NCBI RefSeq assembly: GCF_963921235.1
Contig: NC_086097.1
Coordinates: forward strand, 31,560,001 to 31,624,000
DNA length: 64,000 nucleotides
Origin: Mobula hypostoma
Lineage: Eukaryota
Direction of reading: 5' to 3'
Below, one piece after another: positions 1-12,589 of the stretch (the stretch's first letter is position 1; each line of letters opens with the position of its first letter). A program made the position numbers and the translations under genes. Below the pieces are notes generated by a model. The model was not told the DNA's origin and searched no databases. It saw nothing but the letters and a program-made list of their open reading frames with translations.

Positions 1-426
1 CCTCTCTCGTTACCTTGTCAGAAAAACCTCAATCGAAGTTGTTAAGGCACGACTTGCCACACACAAAGCTGCTCTCCCTAACTAGGTCATGGTTTTCCAA
101 ATGCTCATATATCCTATCCCTAAGATTTTTCTCCAGCAATTTCTCTACAGCTGACGTGAGACAAACTGCTATATAATTCCCAGGATTTTCCCTTCTTTTC
201 TTATAGAAAAGGAAGTTTCAGTTCCGCGGCATCGACTCCACCCGCGCAGTTTAGAGGGAACAAAAGCCTTTGGGTAGAACATCCCCGCACTGCAGACCAG
301 TTACACCACCTCCTTATTTCCTTCAACCCTGATGGTGCTTATGTTACTGGGCGGGGAGGTGTGAGATTGAGGTCCTAGTGGTAGATCGGGGTGCTAGATG
401 GTTAAAGGGGGAGGGCGGAGTGAGAC

Positions 427-2298
427 TCACTGGGGGAGGGGTGAAGGATGGAATCCGGTTCCCATCGCCCAGACTTGGTCCACACTTTCGGCTGTCTGTC
501 TCGCTCTGCCGGTGTCTGCCACGGAACCCACGGCAACGGTTGGGGCGGGGAGGATGGACGATGAGGGGGTTTGGGGGTCGCAGCTACCCGCTGCTTCTGC
601 GGACAGCTTCTCCACCGCCGCTTCCACCGCCCAGCGGACGATGCAGGAAGCGACCTGCTTCAAGGCCGCCTCTGACGGTGTGCCATGACCAGGGAGCCCA
701 CAGCTCGGGACTTCCGAATCCCGCCTTGTCCCATTCACTTCGGACGCCCCGTGTTGCCTGGAGCGGGGTTCCTGGGCAGCCTCTGCTTGCTGGCGGCGGG
801 TGGGATGGAGGGAGCCACAGTCAGGGATCAAAGACGGGGTGTGGACCGAGTCAGAGATGCCCACTAGTGCGGTGGCACGTCCGTGACCTTCATCGGGGCG
901 TGCGGTACCGCTCCGAGGTTCACCTAGCCATGACCGTTCCAACCCGGGAGCCTCCCGGATTGGTACCTGCGTCAGGTCCTCCGCGGGGGTTCCTTCGCGG
1001 CTATTCACCCCACCAAAGCCCTCCAGCTCTCTCAATAACATTGGTTCCATCCCAAACGTGTCTAGCCGAAGCAAGGACCCGAGTTCTGCCGGTGAAGGGG
1101 GTCCCTCGCTGTGGGTGTTCCCGTCCACTCCGGGTTTCCAGACCCCACCGGCTGTCCCCAGGGGAAGTGGAGTTATCTCCCCCCGGGAGAGAGCTGCAGC
1201 ATCGTCCAGCGCGTCCTCTGCACGCCCACTAGTCTCCACCCGGGGCCGTGGGTTGCTGTGTAGCGACGGCGCCGCATCCGAGCGAGGAGTAGCGGGCTCT
1301 GGCTGCTGAGGAACTTCCCCTGGGCCCGCCTTCTCTCTTCTCCCCCCTTGACCCAGGCCAGGGATATTTGTCTTCCGGTGTGCTCCGGCCAGGCGCAGGG
1401 ATCCGGAATCCCCCGAAGGGCTTGCCCCTCCCTCAGCCTCTGGGCTTCCTGCTCCCTGCTCCTCGCCCCCCAGGAGCGGCACGTCTGAGTCGCGGGAAAC
1501 CTGGCGCCTTGCGCTCCCCACGCACCCTGTCTGCAGACCCCCACCTCCCGACGCTTCCACTTCCCTCCCCGATGAGTGTCTCCACCCTTTCCTGGAGGCC
1601 AGCAGGTGCCTGAAGGAGGACCACCCTCTCCCGGTCAGCTTCCTCCGCATCCTGCCCTCGGCGGTGCTCTGGTCTCCGGCCCCACAGGCAGGGGTCACCC
1701 TCTCCGCCACCGGGATGGTGGACACGCGGCTCTGTCCACGGCTCTCCCCGCTTGCCCGCGTGCCGTTTGGGAGTCTCCTCTCCGCCTTGTCCGCTCTCCC
1801 CTTCCTGGGTTTCCTGACGCAGATCAGAGCCCCCCACGAAGCTCTCGACCCCCTCGGCCTCCTCTGTCTCTGCTCCCCTCCCTGCCCCCCCTCCATCCTT
1901 GCCACTCCATCCTCCCCTCCGACGTGCGGCGGGGGTTCGTCAGCGCCTTCATCCTCCGACCCGGTCCCTCCACCGTTGCTTCTGGCGCTGTTTCTTGCGT
2001 GAGAGAGCGTCCGATCAAGCGTGTCTGTGCGGTCCCGAACAGCTCTCAGACTCTCGGTGTCCCCGGGGTTTTCCCAAACCGCCCCACCATCGGGATTTTC
2101 ACCGTCCCAGGCGCTTAGGTCGCTCGGACTCCTCGGAAGAACGCCGCTTCCGGACACCCCCGCCCCGCTCGGTCTTCTCTTCTTCACGAAGAACATTTTG
2201 GGAACTCCCCCTCTCGTCAGCTTCCTCGCCAGGCCGACCCTAGTTTTCCCCGCGGGTTCATGACTACGTTCTTCCTCCGTCCGAACAGGCCGCTCCAT
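427..2298 (-). CDS. AKAP5: A-kinase anchor protein 5-like (AKAP79/150 orthologue), single coding exon, ~623 aa
   Basis: Long GC-rich ORF. Splice acceptor TGTGTTTTGCAG| opens the exon at 2401; the first in-frame ATG (2298) is in good Kozak context (GACATGG). It has a basic patch MFFVKKRR, WSK-type motifs ASWGALICVRKPRK and GWSSFRHLLASRK, and a C-terminal amphipathic helix ALKQVASCIVRWAVEAAVEKL resembling the AKAP RII-binding helix. It lies downstream of MTHFD1 on the same strand, as human AKAP5 does. Confidence 0.82.
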   Translation of the reverse strand: MERPVRTEEERSHEPAGKTRVGLARKLTRGGVPKMFFVKKRRPSGAGVSGSGVLPRSPSDLSAWDGENPDGGAVWENPGDTESLRAVRDRTDTLDRTLSHARNSARSNGGGTGSEDEGADEPPPHVGGEDGVARMEGGQGGEQRQRRPRGSRASWGALICVRKPRKGRADKAERRLPNGTRASGESRGQSRVSTIPVAERVTPACGAGDQSTAEGRMRRKLTGRGWSSFRHLLASRKGWRHSSGREVEASGGGGLQTGCVGSARRQVSRDSDVPLLGGEEQGAGSPEAEGGASPSGDSGSLRLAGAHRKTNIPGLGQGGRREKAGPGEVPQQPEPATPRSDAAPSLHSNPRPRVETSGRAEDALDDAAALSRGEITPLPLGTAGGVWKPGVDGNTHSEGPPSPAELGSLLRLDTFGMEPMLLRELEGFGGVNSREGTPAEDLTQVPIREAPGLERSWLGEPRSGTARPDEGHGRATALVGISDSVHTPSLIPDCGSLHPTRRQQAEAAQEPRSRQHGASEVNGTRRDSEVPSCGLPGHGTPSEAALKQVASCIVRWAVEAAVEKLSAEAAGSCDPQTPSSSILPAPTVAVGSVADTGRARQTAESVDQVWAMGTGFHPSPLPQ

Positions 2299-2904
2299 GT
2301 CACTCGCTCCTGCGCGCTCCAAGGGGAACTCACACCAGGAGGTGACCTCTCCCTCCGCACACCAGGACAATATCCCCTTGCTGGTTGTCCCTTCAGGTGA
2401 TCTGCAAAACACACCAGGAGATCGTAAGGCGTGGTTAAGTTGATTATTTGGGGGAGGACTTTAATATGGATGTTACAGAGTCGTAGAGCATTACATCTCA
2501 GATACAGGCTCTTGGGCCCGTCTAGTCCATGCAGACCTGGTCTTCTGCCCCGTCTGATCTACCTGCACTCGGACCATAGCACTCCATAGCTCTCCCATCC
2601 ACGTACCTACCTAAACTACTTTTAAATATTGCAATTGGACCCGCACCCACCGCTTCCACCGGCAACTCGTTCCACACTCTCACCACCCTCAGTGAAAAAG
2701 TTCCTCCTCATGTTCCCCTTAAACATTTCACCTTTCATCCTAGACCTATGACCTTTTGTCTCACGCAGGCATGAATGAGCGGTATAGATTTTAGCCACAT
2801 CTGTCATGATCTTATGCTTCCCCATAATACCTCTCCCCATTGTCCTACACTCCAGGAATAAAGTCTTAACCGATTCAACCCGGGAATGGCAGCAGAGTAT
2901 CCGA

Positions 2905-3075
2905 TGTAATACTTGACAGCGCCAGTGATTAGGGTTCAACTCCACTCCTGTCTGTCAGGAGTTTGTACGTTCTCCCCATGACTACGTGGGTTTCCTCCGG
3001 GCGCTCCGGTTTCCTCCCACACTGCAAAGGTGTACGGATTCGTAGGTTAATCGGTCACATGGGTGGCGCGGGCCA
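2905..3075 (+). mobile_element. tRNA-derived V-domain (HE1-like) SINE; representative of many copies (e.g. ~9050-9215, 36885-37190, 47710-47900, 55670-56200)
   Basis: B-box-like GGTTCAACTCC followed by the core GTTTGTACGTTCTCCCC...GGGTTTCCTCCGGGCGCTCCGGTTTCCTCCCAC. Confidence 0.7.
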
Positions 3076-4334
3076 GTTACTGTGCGGTACTTCTAAGAAT
3101 ATTTATTGGGAACCTTTCCCTGTAATTCAGGTGTTGAAGACCCTGAGTTTTCTCTGTACTCTTCTCTCAGCCTCCATAGATGCTGCCTGACCTGCTGAGT
3201 TCCCCCAGCAGATCGCTGCTTGATAGTCTGTGCGGTCACGATGGGCCGAGGGGCCCGTTTCTGTGCTCTGTGGCTCCATGACTGATAATAGAATTAGAGT
3301 GCCAGAGGGGAGCGTTTGACCCTGTGTGCCCGTGTTAGCCACTTGAAGACCTGTTCAATTAGTGCTGCCCTCCTACTCTCCCCCCAGTAGCAGAGTAACC
3401 CACCCCCCTCTCTGAGCCACCGTGAAGACTGTTAGGCCTGCTCCCTGGCTTGTTACCGAGACACAGTGAATAACCTTTGCCTGTTAACATGCCGTACGTA
3501 TGTCCATCGAGGTGTTAAAACGGGAAACAGAATGCAGAAAAAAAGGGTCACAATAACAGAGAAAGCACAGTGCAGTCAGACAAATAAAGTGCAAGGTTAT
3601 AACAAGGTAGATTGTGGGATCAAGTACAGGCCCTTCGGCCCACGATATTGTGCTGACCTTTTAACCTACTCGAACCCTCCCCTCTCACATAGCCCTCTGG
3701 TTTTCTTTCATTCGTGCTAATCTAATCGTCTCTTAAATGTCCTTAATGTATCTGCCTCTCGTACCAGCCCTGGCAGCTCGTTCCGCACACCCACCACCAT
3801 CGGTGTAAGCAACCTGCTTCTGACAACCCTATACTTTCCTCAAATCACCTTAAAATGATGACCCCCTCCCCCAGTTAACTACTTTCACCCTGAGAGTACG
3901 TCTCTGGCTGCCCACTCGATCAACGTCGCTTATCTCATACACCTCTATCAAGTCACCTCTCCTCCCCCCTCACTCCAAAGAGAAATCCCCTAGATCGCTC
4001 GACCTGTCCTCATAAGACATGCTCTGTAATCCACGCAGCATCCTGGTAAACCTCCTCTGCGCCTTCTCCAAAACGTCCACATCCTTCCTATATTGAGGTG
4101 AGTGGAACTGAGCACAATGCCCCGAGTGTGGTCTAACCAGAGTTTCATAGAGCTGCCGGCGGGTGTGGGTTCGATCGCGACATTTCAGAGGGGGTTGGAG
4201 GGGATGGATGGGAGGAGTTTGGGGTGCGGGTCGATGGGACTAGGCAGAATAACAATTTGACACGGACCAGTTGGGTCATCGGCCTGTCTCTGTCGTAGTT
4301 CTCTATGACTCTAACATTACACCGTGGCATTACA

Positions 4335-5461
4335 CTCAATCTCAACAGTGAGGAGGGACGAATGGACAAAGGAGTTGTGTAGGGAGTGATCCCTGCAGAA
4401 AGCAGAAAGCCGGGGGGGGGGGGAGGGAGGGAAAGGTGTGCTTAGTGGTGGGATCTCATTGGAGATGGCGGAAGTTACAGAAAATTATGTGCTGGAGACA
4501 GAGACTGATGGGGTGATAGGTGAGGACAAGGAACCCAATCCCTGGTGGGGTGGCGGGAGGATGGGGTGAGGGCAGACATGCACAAAATGTAAGAGCTGCG
4601 GGTAAGGACAGCGTTGATGGAAGGAAGGACATCTCCTTAGTTCTGGAATGAAAAGCCTCGTCCTGAGAGCAGATGTGGTGGAGATGGAAGAATTGAGAGA
4701 AGGGGATTTGGGATTTTTACAGATAACAGAGTGGGAAGAGGTATAGTCCAGGTAGCTGTGGGAATCAGTGGCTTTATAAAAGATACAGTATCAGTGGATA
4801 AATTGTCTCCACAGAGAGAGATCAAGAAAGGGGAGGGAGGTGTCGGAAATAGACCAGGTAAATTTGAGGGCAGGATGGAAGTTGGAGGCGAAGTGGAATG
4901 AAGTCAGTGAGCTCCGTGTGGGTGCAGGAAGCAGCACCAATGTAGTTGTCGATGTAACGTAGGAAAAGTGTGGGACAGTCATCAGTGTAGGCTTGGAACA
5001 TAGACTGTTCCATGTAGCCGACAAACAGGCAGGCATAGTTGGGACCCATGCGATTGCCCATGGCTATTCCTTTTGTTTGAAGAAAGTGGAAGGAGCTGAA
5101 GGAGAAAATATTGAGTGAGGGCCAGTTCCGCCAGACGGAGGAGAGTGGTGGTGGAGGGGAACTGGTTGAGTCTGATGTCCAGAAAGAACCAGACAGCTTT
5201 GAGGCCTTCCTGGTGGGGGATGGATGTGTATAGGGACCAGACATCCATTGTGAAAATAATCGTGAAAATCATTCCAGAACTAAAGAGATGTCCTTCCTTC
5301 CATCAACGCTGTCCTTACCCACATCTCTTCCATTTTGTGCATGTCTGCCCTCACCCCATCCTCCCGCCACCCCACCAGGGATTGGGTTCCTTGTCCTCAC
5401 CTATCACCCCATCAGTCCCTGTCTCCAGCACATAATCTTCTGTAACTTCTGCCATCTCCAA
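4335..5461 (-). mobile_element. Penelope-like retroelement fragment (RT) with a short inverted arm at 5271-5461
   Basis: Minus-strand KGIAMGNRMGPNYACLFVG...FLRYIDN; 5271-5461 is the reverse complement of about 4460-4650. Confidence 0.85.
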
Positions 5462-6641
5462 CTTAAACTTAAACTCAAACTTCAAAAGTTAAACTTAAAC
5501 TTAAACTCAGCGGACAGAACCTCCCTCGACTCCCAACGACTCTCCAGCCCTCAGTGTCAGCTCAAGGAGCAGCAGAGATTCACTAGAGAAACATCTGCCG
5601 TCATTAGTGTCCCACTCCCATCCTCTGTAGTCCAGATACACAACCGCCACCATCATCAATGGAAGATTAAAGGTGTCATTTCTCACGTGTACATTGAAAC
5701 GTGCGTCGTTTGTGTCAAATCATATCAGCGAGGATTGTGCTGGGTGAGAAGTTGTGAACTGCGATTCAGACTCTAACTCCTATGTCTTTGGAATGTGGGA
5801 AGAAACCGGGGCACATGGAGGAAGCCCACTTGATCACGGGAAGAATGTAGAAACTTCTTGCAAATATCAACCGGAATCCACCCGCTACACTACCAGGTCG
5901 CCCTAATCTGTGCTATTAATTTATGCTGTTTGTGCATTCTGTTTGAACTGGTTCAATTCTTTTTTCCTAATCAGATACCATGGGAACACTGGGTGAACTG
6001 TATAATACTGCCTCAGGTTTCCATGGACACATAATAGAGGCCAGAGACAGAGGCTTCTACCTCCTCTGGAGCGCCAAAGACCTGGTGAAAAGCTTAAATA
6101 AGAGAAGTGGGTCAGGTAGATCGTCGGGCACCTTTCCCCAGGGTGGAAATGTCATATCATGGGTAAAGCCTTAAGAGCTTAAGCTGAGTGGGTGTGAGTT
6201 TTCAGCAAAGGAGATGTGCGGGCGGGCAGAGCTGTTTTACACAGAGAGTGGTGGGTGCACCACATGGCGAGGTGCTGGAAGCACATATTATCATGGTGTT
6301 TAAGAAGCATTTAGACAGACACGTGAACAGACAGGGAAGGGCGGAATATGGACCGCGTGCAGGCAGATGGGATTAGTTTGGATTGGCTTGGTGGTCAGCA
6401 CAGGCACGATGGGCTGAAGGGCCTTTTCTTGTCTCAAGTCTACATTCCCCATACCGATTTGGTGCTTGCCCAGATATGATCTGATTTGACACAAACGGCA
6501 CATTTGACTGCATGTGTTTCGATATATGTGTGAGAAATGAAAAGTTGGATCTGTAATTGATGATGCTGAAGGCCGTGTTCCAAGAGAGAGACCGGGCTCT
6601 CTGAATCCGATTCGGCTGGTGATGACCACGGTACTGCACAT

Positions 6642-8772
6642 GGCTACTTACTGTAGACTGGCGGACTGACCTCTACCTTGCTGAGGCTAGGCGACAGCTG
6701 TCTGACACCTCCTCGTACTTACCTCTGGAAAAGGACACCACTAAGGAGCACCAGGCCATTGTCTCCCACACCATCATCGACCTTATGAACTCCGGGGATC
6801 TCCCATCCACTGTCACCAACCTCACAGTTCCCTCAGCCCGCACCTCCCGTTTCTACCCCCTACCCGAGACCCACAGACCTGCCTGTCCAGGTAGACCCAT
6901 TGGCTCTGCTTGTTCCTGCCGCACTGAACTTATACCTACATACCTCAACATACCACCCCCACCCCGTTCAGTCCCTTCCCACCTACATCCATGACACTTC
7001 ACACACTCTCGATCTTTTCAATGATTTCAAGCTCCCCGGCTCTAAACATCTTATTTTCATCATGGATGTCTAGTCCCTATACACCTCCATCCCCCACCAG
7101 GAAGGCCTCAAAGCTCTCCAGTTTTTTCTGGCCATCAGACTCAATCAGTTCCCCTCCACCACCACTCTCCTCTGTCTGGCGGAACTGGTCCTCACTCAAT
7201 ATTTTCTGCTTCAACTCCTTCCACTTTCTTCAAACAAAAGGAATAGCCATGGGCAATCGCATGGGTCCCAGCTATGCCTGCCTGTTTGTTGGCCATGTGG
7301 AACAGTCTATGTTCCAAGCCTACACTGATGACTGTCCCGCACTTTTCCTACACTACATCGATAACTACATTGGTGCTGCTTTCTGCACCCACACGGAGCT
7401 CGTTGACTTCATCCACTTCGCCTCCAACTTCCAACCTGCCCTTAAGTTTACCTGGTCTATTTCTGACACCTCCCTCCCCTTTCTTGATCTCTCTGTCTCT
7501 ATCTCTGGAGACAGTTTATCCACTGATACTGTATCTTTTATAAAGCCACTGATTCCCACAGCTACCTGGACTATACCTCTTCCCACTCTGTTATCTGTAA
7601 AAATCCTAAATCCCCTTCTCTCAATTCTTCCATCTTCTACTCTCAGGACGAGGCTTTTCATTCCAGAACAAGGAGATGTCCTTCCTTCCATCAATGCTGT
7701 CCTTACCCACATCTCTTCCATTTTGTGCATATCTGCCCTCACCCCATCCTCCCGCCACCCCACCAGGGATTGGGTTCCTTGTCCTCACCTATCACCCCAT
7801 CAGTCTCTGTCTCCAGCACATAATTTTCTGTAACTTCCGCCATCTCCAATGAGATCCCACCACTGAGCACACCATCCCCCCCTCACACTTCCTGCTTTCC
7901 ACAGGGATCGCTCCCTACACAACTCCTTTGTCCATTTGTCCCTCCTCACTGATCTCCCTCCTGGTACTTATCCTTACAAGCGGAACAAGTGTCACATCTG
8001 CCCCTTCACCTCCTCCCTCAGGGCCTCAAACTGCCCTTCCAGGTGAGGCAATACTTCACCTGTGAGTCTGTTGGTGTCATCTACTGTATCCGGTGGTCCC
8101 GGTGTGGCCTCCTGTACATCAGTTTGACCCGAGTAGATTGGGAGATCGCTTTGCTGAGCATCTATGCTCCGTCTGCCAGAAAAAGCGTGATCTCTCAGTG
8201 GCCACCCATTTCAATTCCACGTGCCATTCCCATTCTGGCATGTTAGTCCATGGCCTCCTCTGCTGCTGCAATGAGGCCACACTCAGGTTGGAGGAACAAC
8301 TCCTTATATTCTGTCTGGGTAGCCTCCAACCTGAGGCATAAACATCAATTTCTCGAACTTCTGGTAATGCCCCTCCTGTCCTTCACCATTCCCCATTCCC
8401 ATTTCCCTCTCACCTTATCTCTGTACCTGTCATCACCTCCCTGTGGGGCTCCTCCCCCTTTTCTTTATTCCCTGGCCTTCTGCCCTCAGAATCCCCCTTC
8501 TCCAGCCCTGTATCTCTTTCACCAATCGACTTCTCAGCTCTTCACTTCACCCCTCCCCTCTCCCAGTTTCACCTTTCACCTACCACCTTGTACTTCTTCT
8601 TCCCCCTCCCCTCACCTTCTTGCTCTAACTTTTCATCATTTTTCCAGTCCTGGTGAAGGGTCTCAGCCCGAAACGTCAACTGTACTCTTTTCCATGGATG
8701 CTGCCTGGCCTGCTGAGTTCCTTGTGTGCGTTGCTCAGGATTTCCAGCATCTGCAGATTTTCTCCTGTTTGT
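6642..8772 (+). mobile_element. Penelope-like retroelement, degenerate (RT, GIY-YIG, pyrimidine-rich 3' region, hammerhead-like motif)
   Basis: GIAMGNRMGPSYACLFVG, HYIDN, FTCESVGVIYCIR, VATHFN and LRLEEQ motifs interrupted by frameshifts. Confidence 0.9.
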
Positions 8773-9834
8773 GATTAATGGAGTTAGCTGCTTTTGGGTG
8801 TGGCTGTTTGTCCAGTGCCAGGAGGAGGCGTCTACACCTCCACTGAAAGTCCCCTGTTCTCGGGGACAGGAACAGGTCAACAACCTTTCCTCAAATGTCT
8901 CAGCAGACCATTTGGCCCAATTGGTCCCTGCTAGTTGTAGGGGAGAAAGCTTATTTAGAGTAGCAGTGCAGAATAGGCCCTTCGAGCCACACTGCCCAGC
9001 AACCCCCAATTTAACCCTAACCTGATCACAATGACCAATTAATCAACCAACTAGGATGTCTTTGGAGTGTGGGAAGAGACTGGAGCACCCGGAGAAAGCC
9101 ATGCTTTTGACGGGGAGGACGTACAAACTCCTTCCGGAGGACGTTGGAATTGAACTCCAAACCCTGATGCCCCGAGCTGCAGTGACGTCACACTAGCCGC
9201 TGAGCTACCATGGCGCTTCAAGGTTCAAGTTTATTTATCACGGGTACATCGAAAGAGTGAAATGTGTCGTTTGCGTTAACAACCAACACAGTCCAGAGGT
9301 GTGCTGAAGGCAGCCGGCAAGTGTTGTCACACGTTCTGGCACCAACACCGCATGCCCACAATGCCCAGCAGAACAACACAGAACACAACAAGGAACAAAA
9401 CAACAACCGCAAATCAAGCCTCATACCTCACCCCCACCCTGTTAATCCCATCTCCCCTCTCCTCACGTGCCTACACATCTGTAACTTATTAGAACACAGA
9501 ACAGAGCACAGCACAGGCCCTTCAGACCACAATATTGTGCTAACCTTTTAACCAGCTCTAGGATCAATCCCTCCTACGTAGCCCTCCATTTCCTAACAGC
9601 CATGTGCCTATCAAAGCGTTTCTTAAATACCCCTGTTGTACCTGGCTCTACCACCACCCCCGGCAGGGTGCTCCACGAACTCACCACTCTCTGTGTAAAG
9701 ATCTCTCACTCACCTCCCTTTCGAGTCTTCTTGCACACCAACATACACACTAGAGGAAAATTTATGGTGGCCAATTAACTCGGTGACCTCACATGTTGTT
9801 AGGATGTGGGAGAGAACTGGAGCACCAGGGGAAA

Positions 9835-12230
9835 CCCATGAGCCACAGGCAGACACGCAGACCCATGAGCCACAGGGGAACACGCAGACCCATGAGCCAC
9901 AGGGGAACACGCAGAGCCATGAGCCACAGGGGGGACATGCAGACCCATGAGCCACAGGGGAACACGCAGACCCATGAGCCACAGGGGGGACACGCAGATC
10001 CAAGAGCCACAGGTGGACACGCAAACCCATGAGCCACAGGCAGACACGCAGACCCAAGAGCCACAGGCGGACACGCAGATCCAAGAGCCACACGGGGACA
10101 CACAGACCCATGAGCCACAGGCGGACACGCAGACCCATGAGCCACAGGGGGGACACGCAGATCCAAGAGCCACAGGGGGGACACGCAGATCCAAGAGCCA
10201 CAGGCGGACACGCAGACCCATGAGCCACAGGCGGACACGCAGATCCATGAGCCACAGGGGAACACGCAGACCCATGAGCCACAGGGGACACGCAGATCCA
10301 AGAGCCACAGGGGGGACACGCAGATCCATGAGCCACAGGGGGGACACGCAGACCCATGAGCCACAGGGGACACGCAGATCCAAGAGCCACGGGGGGACAC
10401 GCAGATCCAAGAGCCACAAGGGGACAACACAGATCCAAGAGCCACAGGGGGGACACGCAGATCCAAGAGCCACAGGTGGACACGCAGACCCATGAGCCAC
10501 AGGGGACACGCAGATCCATGAGCCACAGGGGAACACGCAGACCCATGAGCCACAGGCGGACACGCAGATCCAAGAGCCACAGGTGGACACGCAAACCCAT
10601 GAGCCACAGGGGACACGCAGATCCAAGAGCCACAGGGGGGACACACAGATCCATGAGCCACAGGGGGGACACGCAGATCCAAGAGCCACAGGGGGACACG
10701 CAGACCCATGAGCCACAGGGGGGACACGCAGATCCATGAGCCACAGGGGGGACACGCAGATCCAAGAGCCACAGGGGGGACACACAGATCCATGAGCCAC
10801 AGGGGGGACACGCAGATCCAAGAGCCACAGGGGGGACACGCAGACCCATGAGCCACAGGGGGGACACGCAGATCCAAGAGCCACAGGCGGACACGCAGAT
10901 CCATGAGCCACAGGGGAACACGCAGATCCATGAGCCACAGGGGAACACGCAGACCCATGAGCCACAGGGGGGACACGCAGATCCAAGAGCCACAGGGGGG
11001 ACACGCAGATCCAAGAGCCACAGGGGGGACACGCAGACCCATGAGCCACAGGGGGGACACGCAGATCCATGAGCCACAGGGGGGACACGCAGACCCATGA
11101 GCCACAGGGGACACGCAGATCCAAGAGCCACAGGTGGACACGCAAACCCATGAGCCACAGGGGACACGCAGATCCAAGAGCCACAGGGGGGACACGCAGA
11201 TCCATGAGCCACAGGGGGGACACGCAGATCCAAGAGCCACAGGTGGACACGCAAACCCATGAGCCACAGGGGACATGCAGATCCAAGAGCCACAGGGGGG
11301 ACACGCAGATCCAAGAGCCACAGGTGGACACGCAAACCCATGAGCCACAGGGGACACGCAGAGCCATGAGCCACAGGGGGGACACGCAGATCCATGAGCC
11401 ACAGGGGGGACACGCAGATCCAAGAGCCACAGGTGGACACGCAAACCCATGAGCCACAGGGGACACGCAGATCCAAGAGCCACAGGGGGGACACACAGAT
11501 CCATGAGCCACAGGGGGGACACGCAAACCCATGAGCCACAGGGGACACGCAGATCCATGAGCCACAGCGGGGACACGCAAACCCATGAGCCACAGGGGAC
11601 ACGCTGATCCATGAGCCACAGGGGGACACACAGACCCATGAGCCACAGGGGACACGCAGACCCATGAGCCACAGGGGAACACGCAGACCCATGAGCCACA
11701 GGGGAACACGCAGATCCAAGAGCCACAGGGGGGACACGCAGATCCATGAGCCACAGGCGGACACGCAGACCCATGAGCCACAGGGGACACGCAGATCCAA
11801 GAGCCACAGGGGGGACACACAGATCCATGAGCCACAGGGGACACGCAGATCCAAGAGCCACAGGGGGGACACACAGATCCATGAGCCACAGGGGACACGC
11901 AGATCCAAGAGCCACAGGGGGGACACACAGATCTATGAGCCACAGGGGACACGCAGATCCAAGAGCCACAGGGGGGACGCACAGATCCATGAGCCACAGG
12001 GGGGACACACAGATCCATGAGCCACAGGGGGGACACGCAGATCCATGAGCCACAGGGGGGACACACAGATCCATGAGCCACAGGGGGGACATGCAGATCC
12101 ATGAGCCACAGGGGGACACGCAGACCCATGAGCCACAGGGGAACACGCAGATCCATGAGCCACAGGGGAACACGCAGGTCCATGAGCCACAGGGGGACAC
12201 GCAGATCCATGAGCCACTGGGGGACACACA
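9835..12230. repeat. Minisatellite, ~28-30 bp unit (CCA[T/A]GAGCCACAGG[G]nACACGCAGA[T/C]), about 80 copies
   Basis: Directly visible tandem array; it explains the long low-complexity ORFs on both strands. Confidence 0.97.
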
Positions 12231-12589
12231 AATGTACACAGACAGTGCTGGAGGTGGGGATCGAACCTGTGAGGCTGAATAAAGACAGCTCTGCTGGAAG
12301 AGTTACAGGTAGTGGGAAAATATTCTATTACAGAATCGAGCACTGACAGTCCTGATTAGCTCTTCGAAAGACCTCTATAATCAGTCCATCCTGTTTCTTA
12401 AAGCCCTGGTAATTTCCCAAGCCCAGAGCCAGTTTGCATTGAACCTGGTCCCATCACTCTTCCTGACAGCAGCATTCTGTAGCAGTGAAATGTGCAGAGT
12501 GCAGGGAAGGGCTGAGTAGGTTTGGACTTCATTCCCTGGAGTGCAGAAGAATGAGGGAAGATCTGATAGACGTGTACAACATTCTGAAG

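Noticed and set aside
378..2263. Plus-strand ORFs overlapping AKAP5
   Set aside because: Antisense shadows of a GC-rich coding exon, with no recognisable motifs.
9710..12343. 700-800 aa Cys/Pro/Trp-rich ORFs, and a superficial CRISPR-like look
   Set aside because: These are translations of a stop-free minisatellite in all frames; there are no unique spacers or cas genes, and the DNA is vertebrate.
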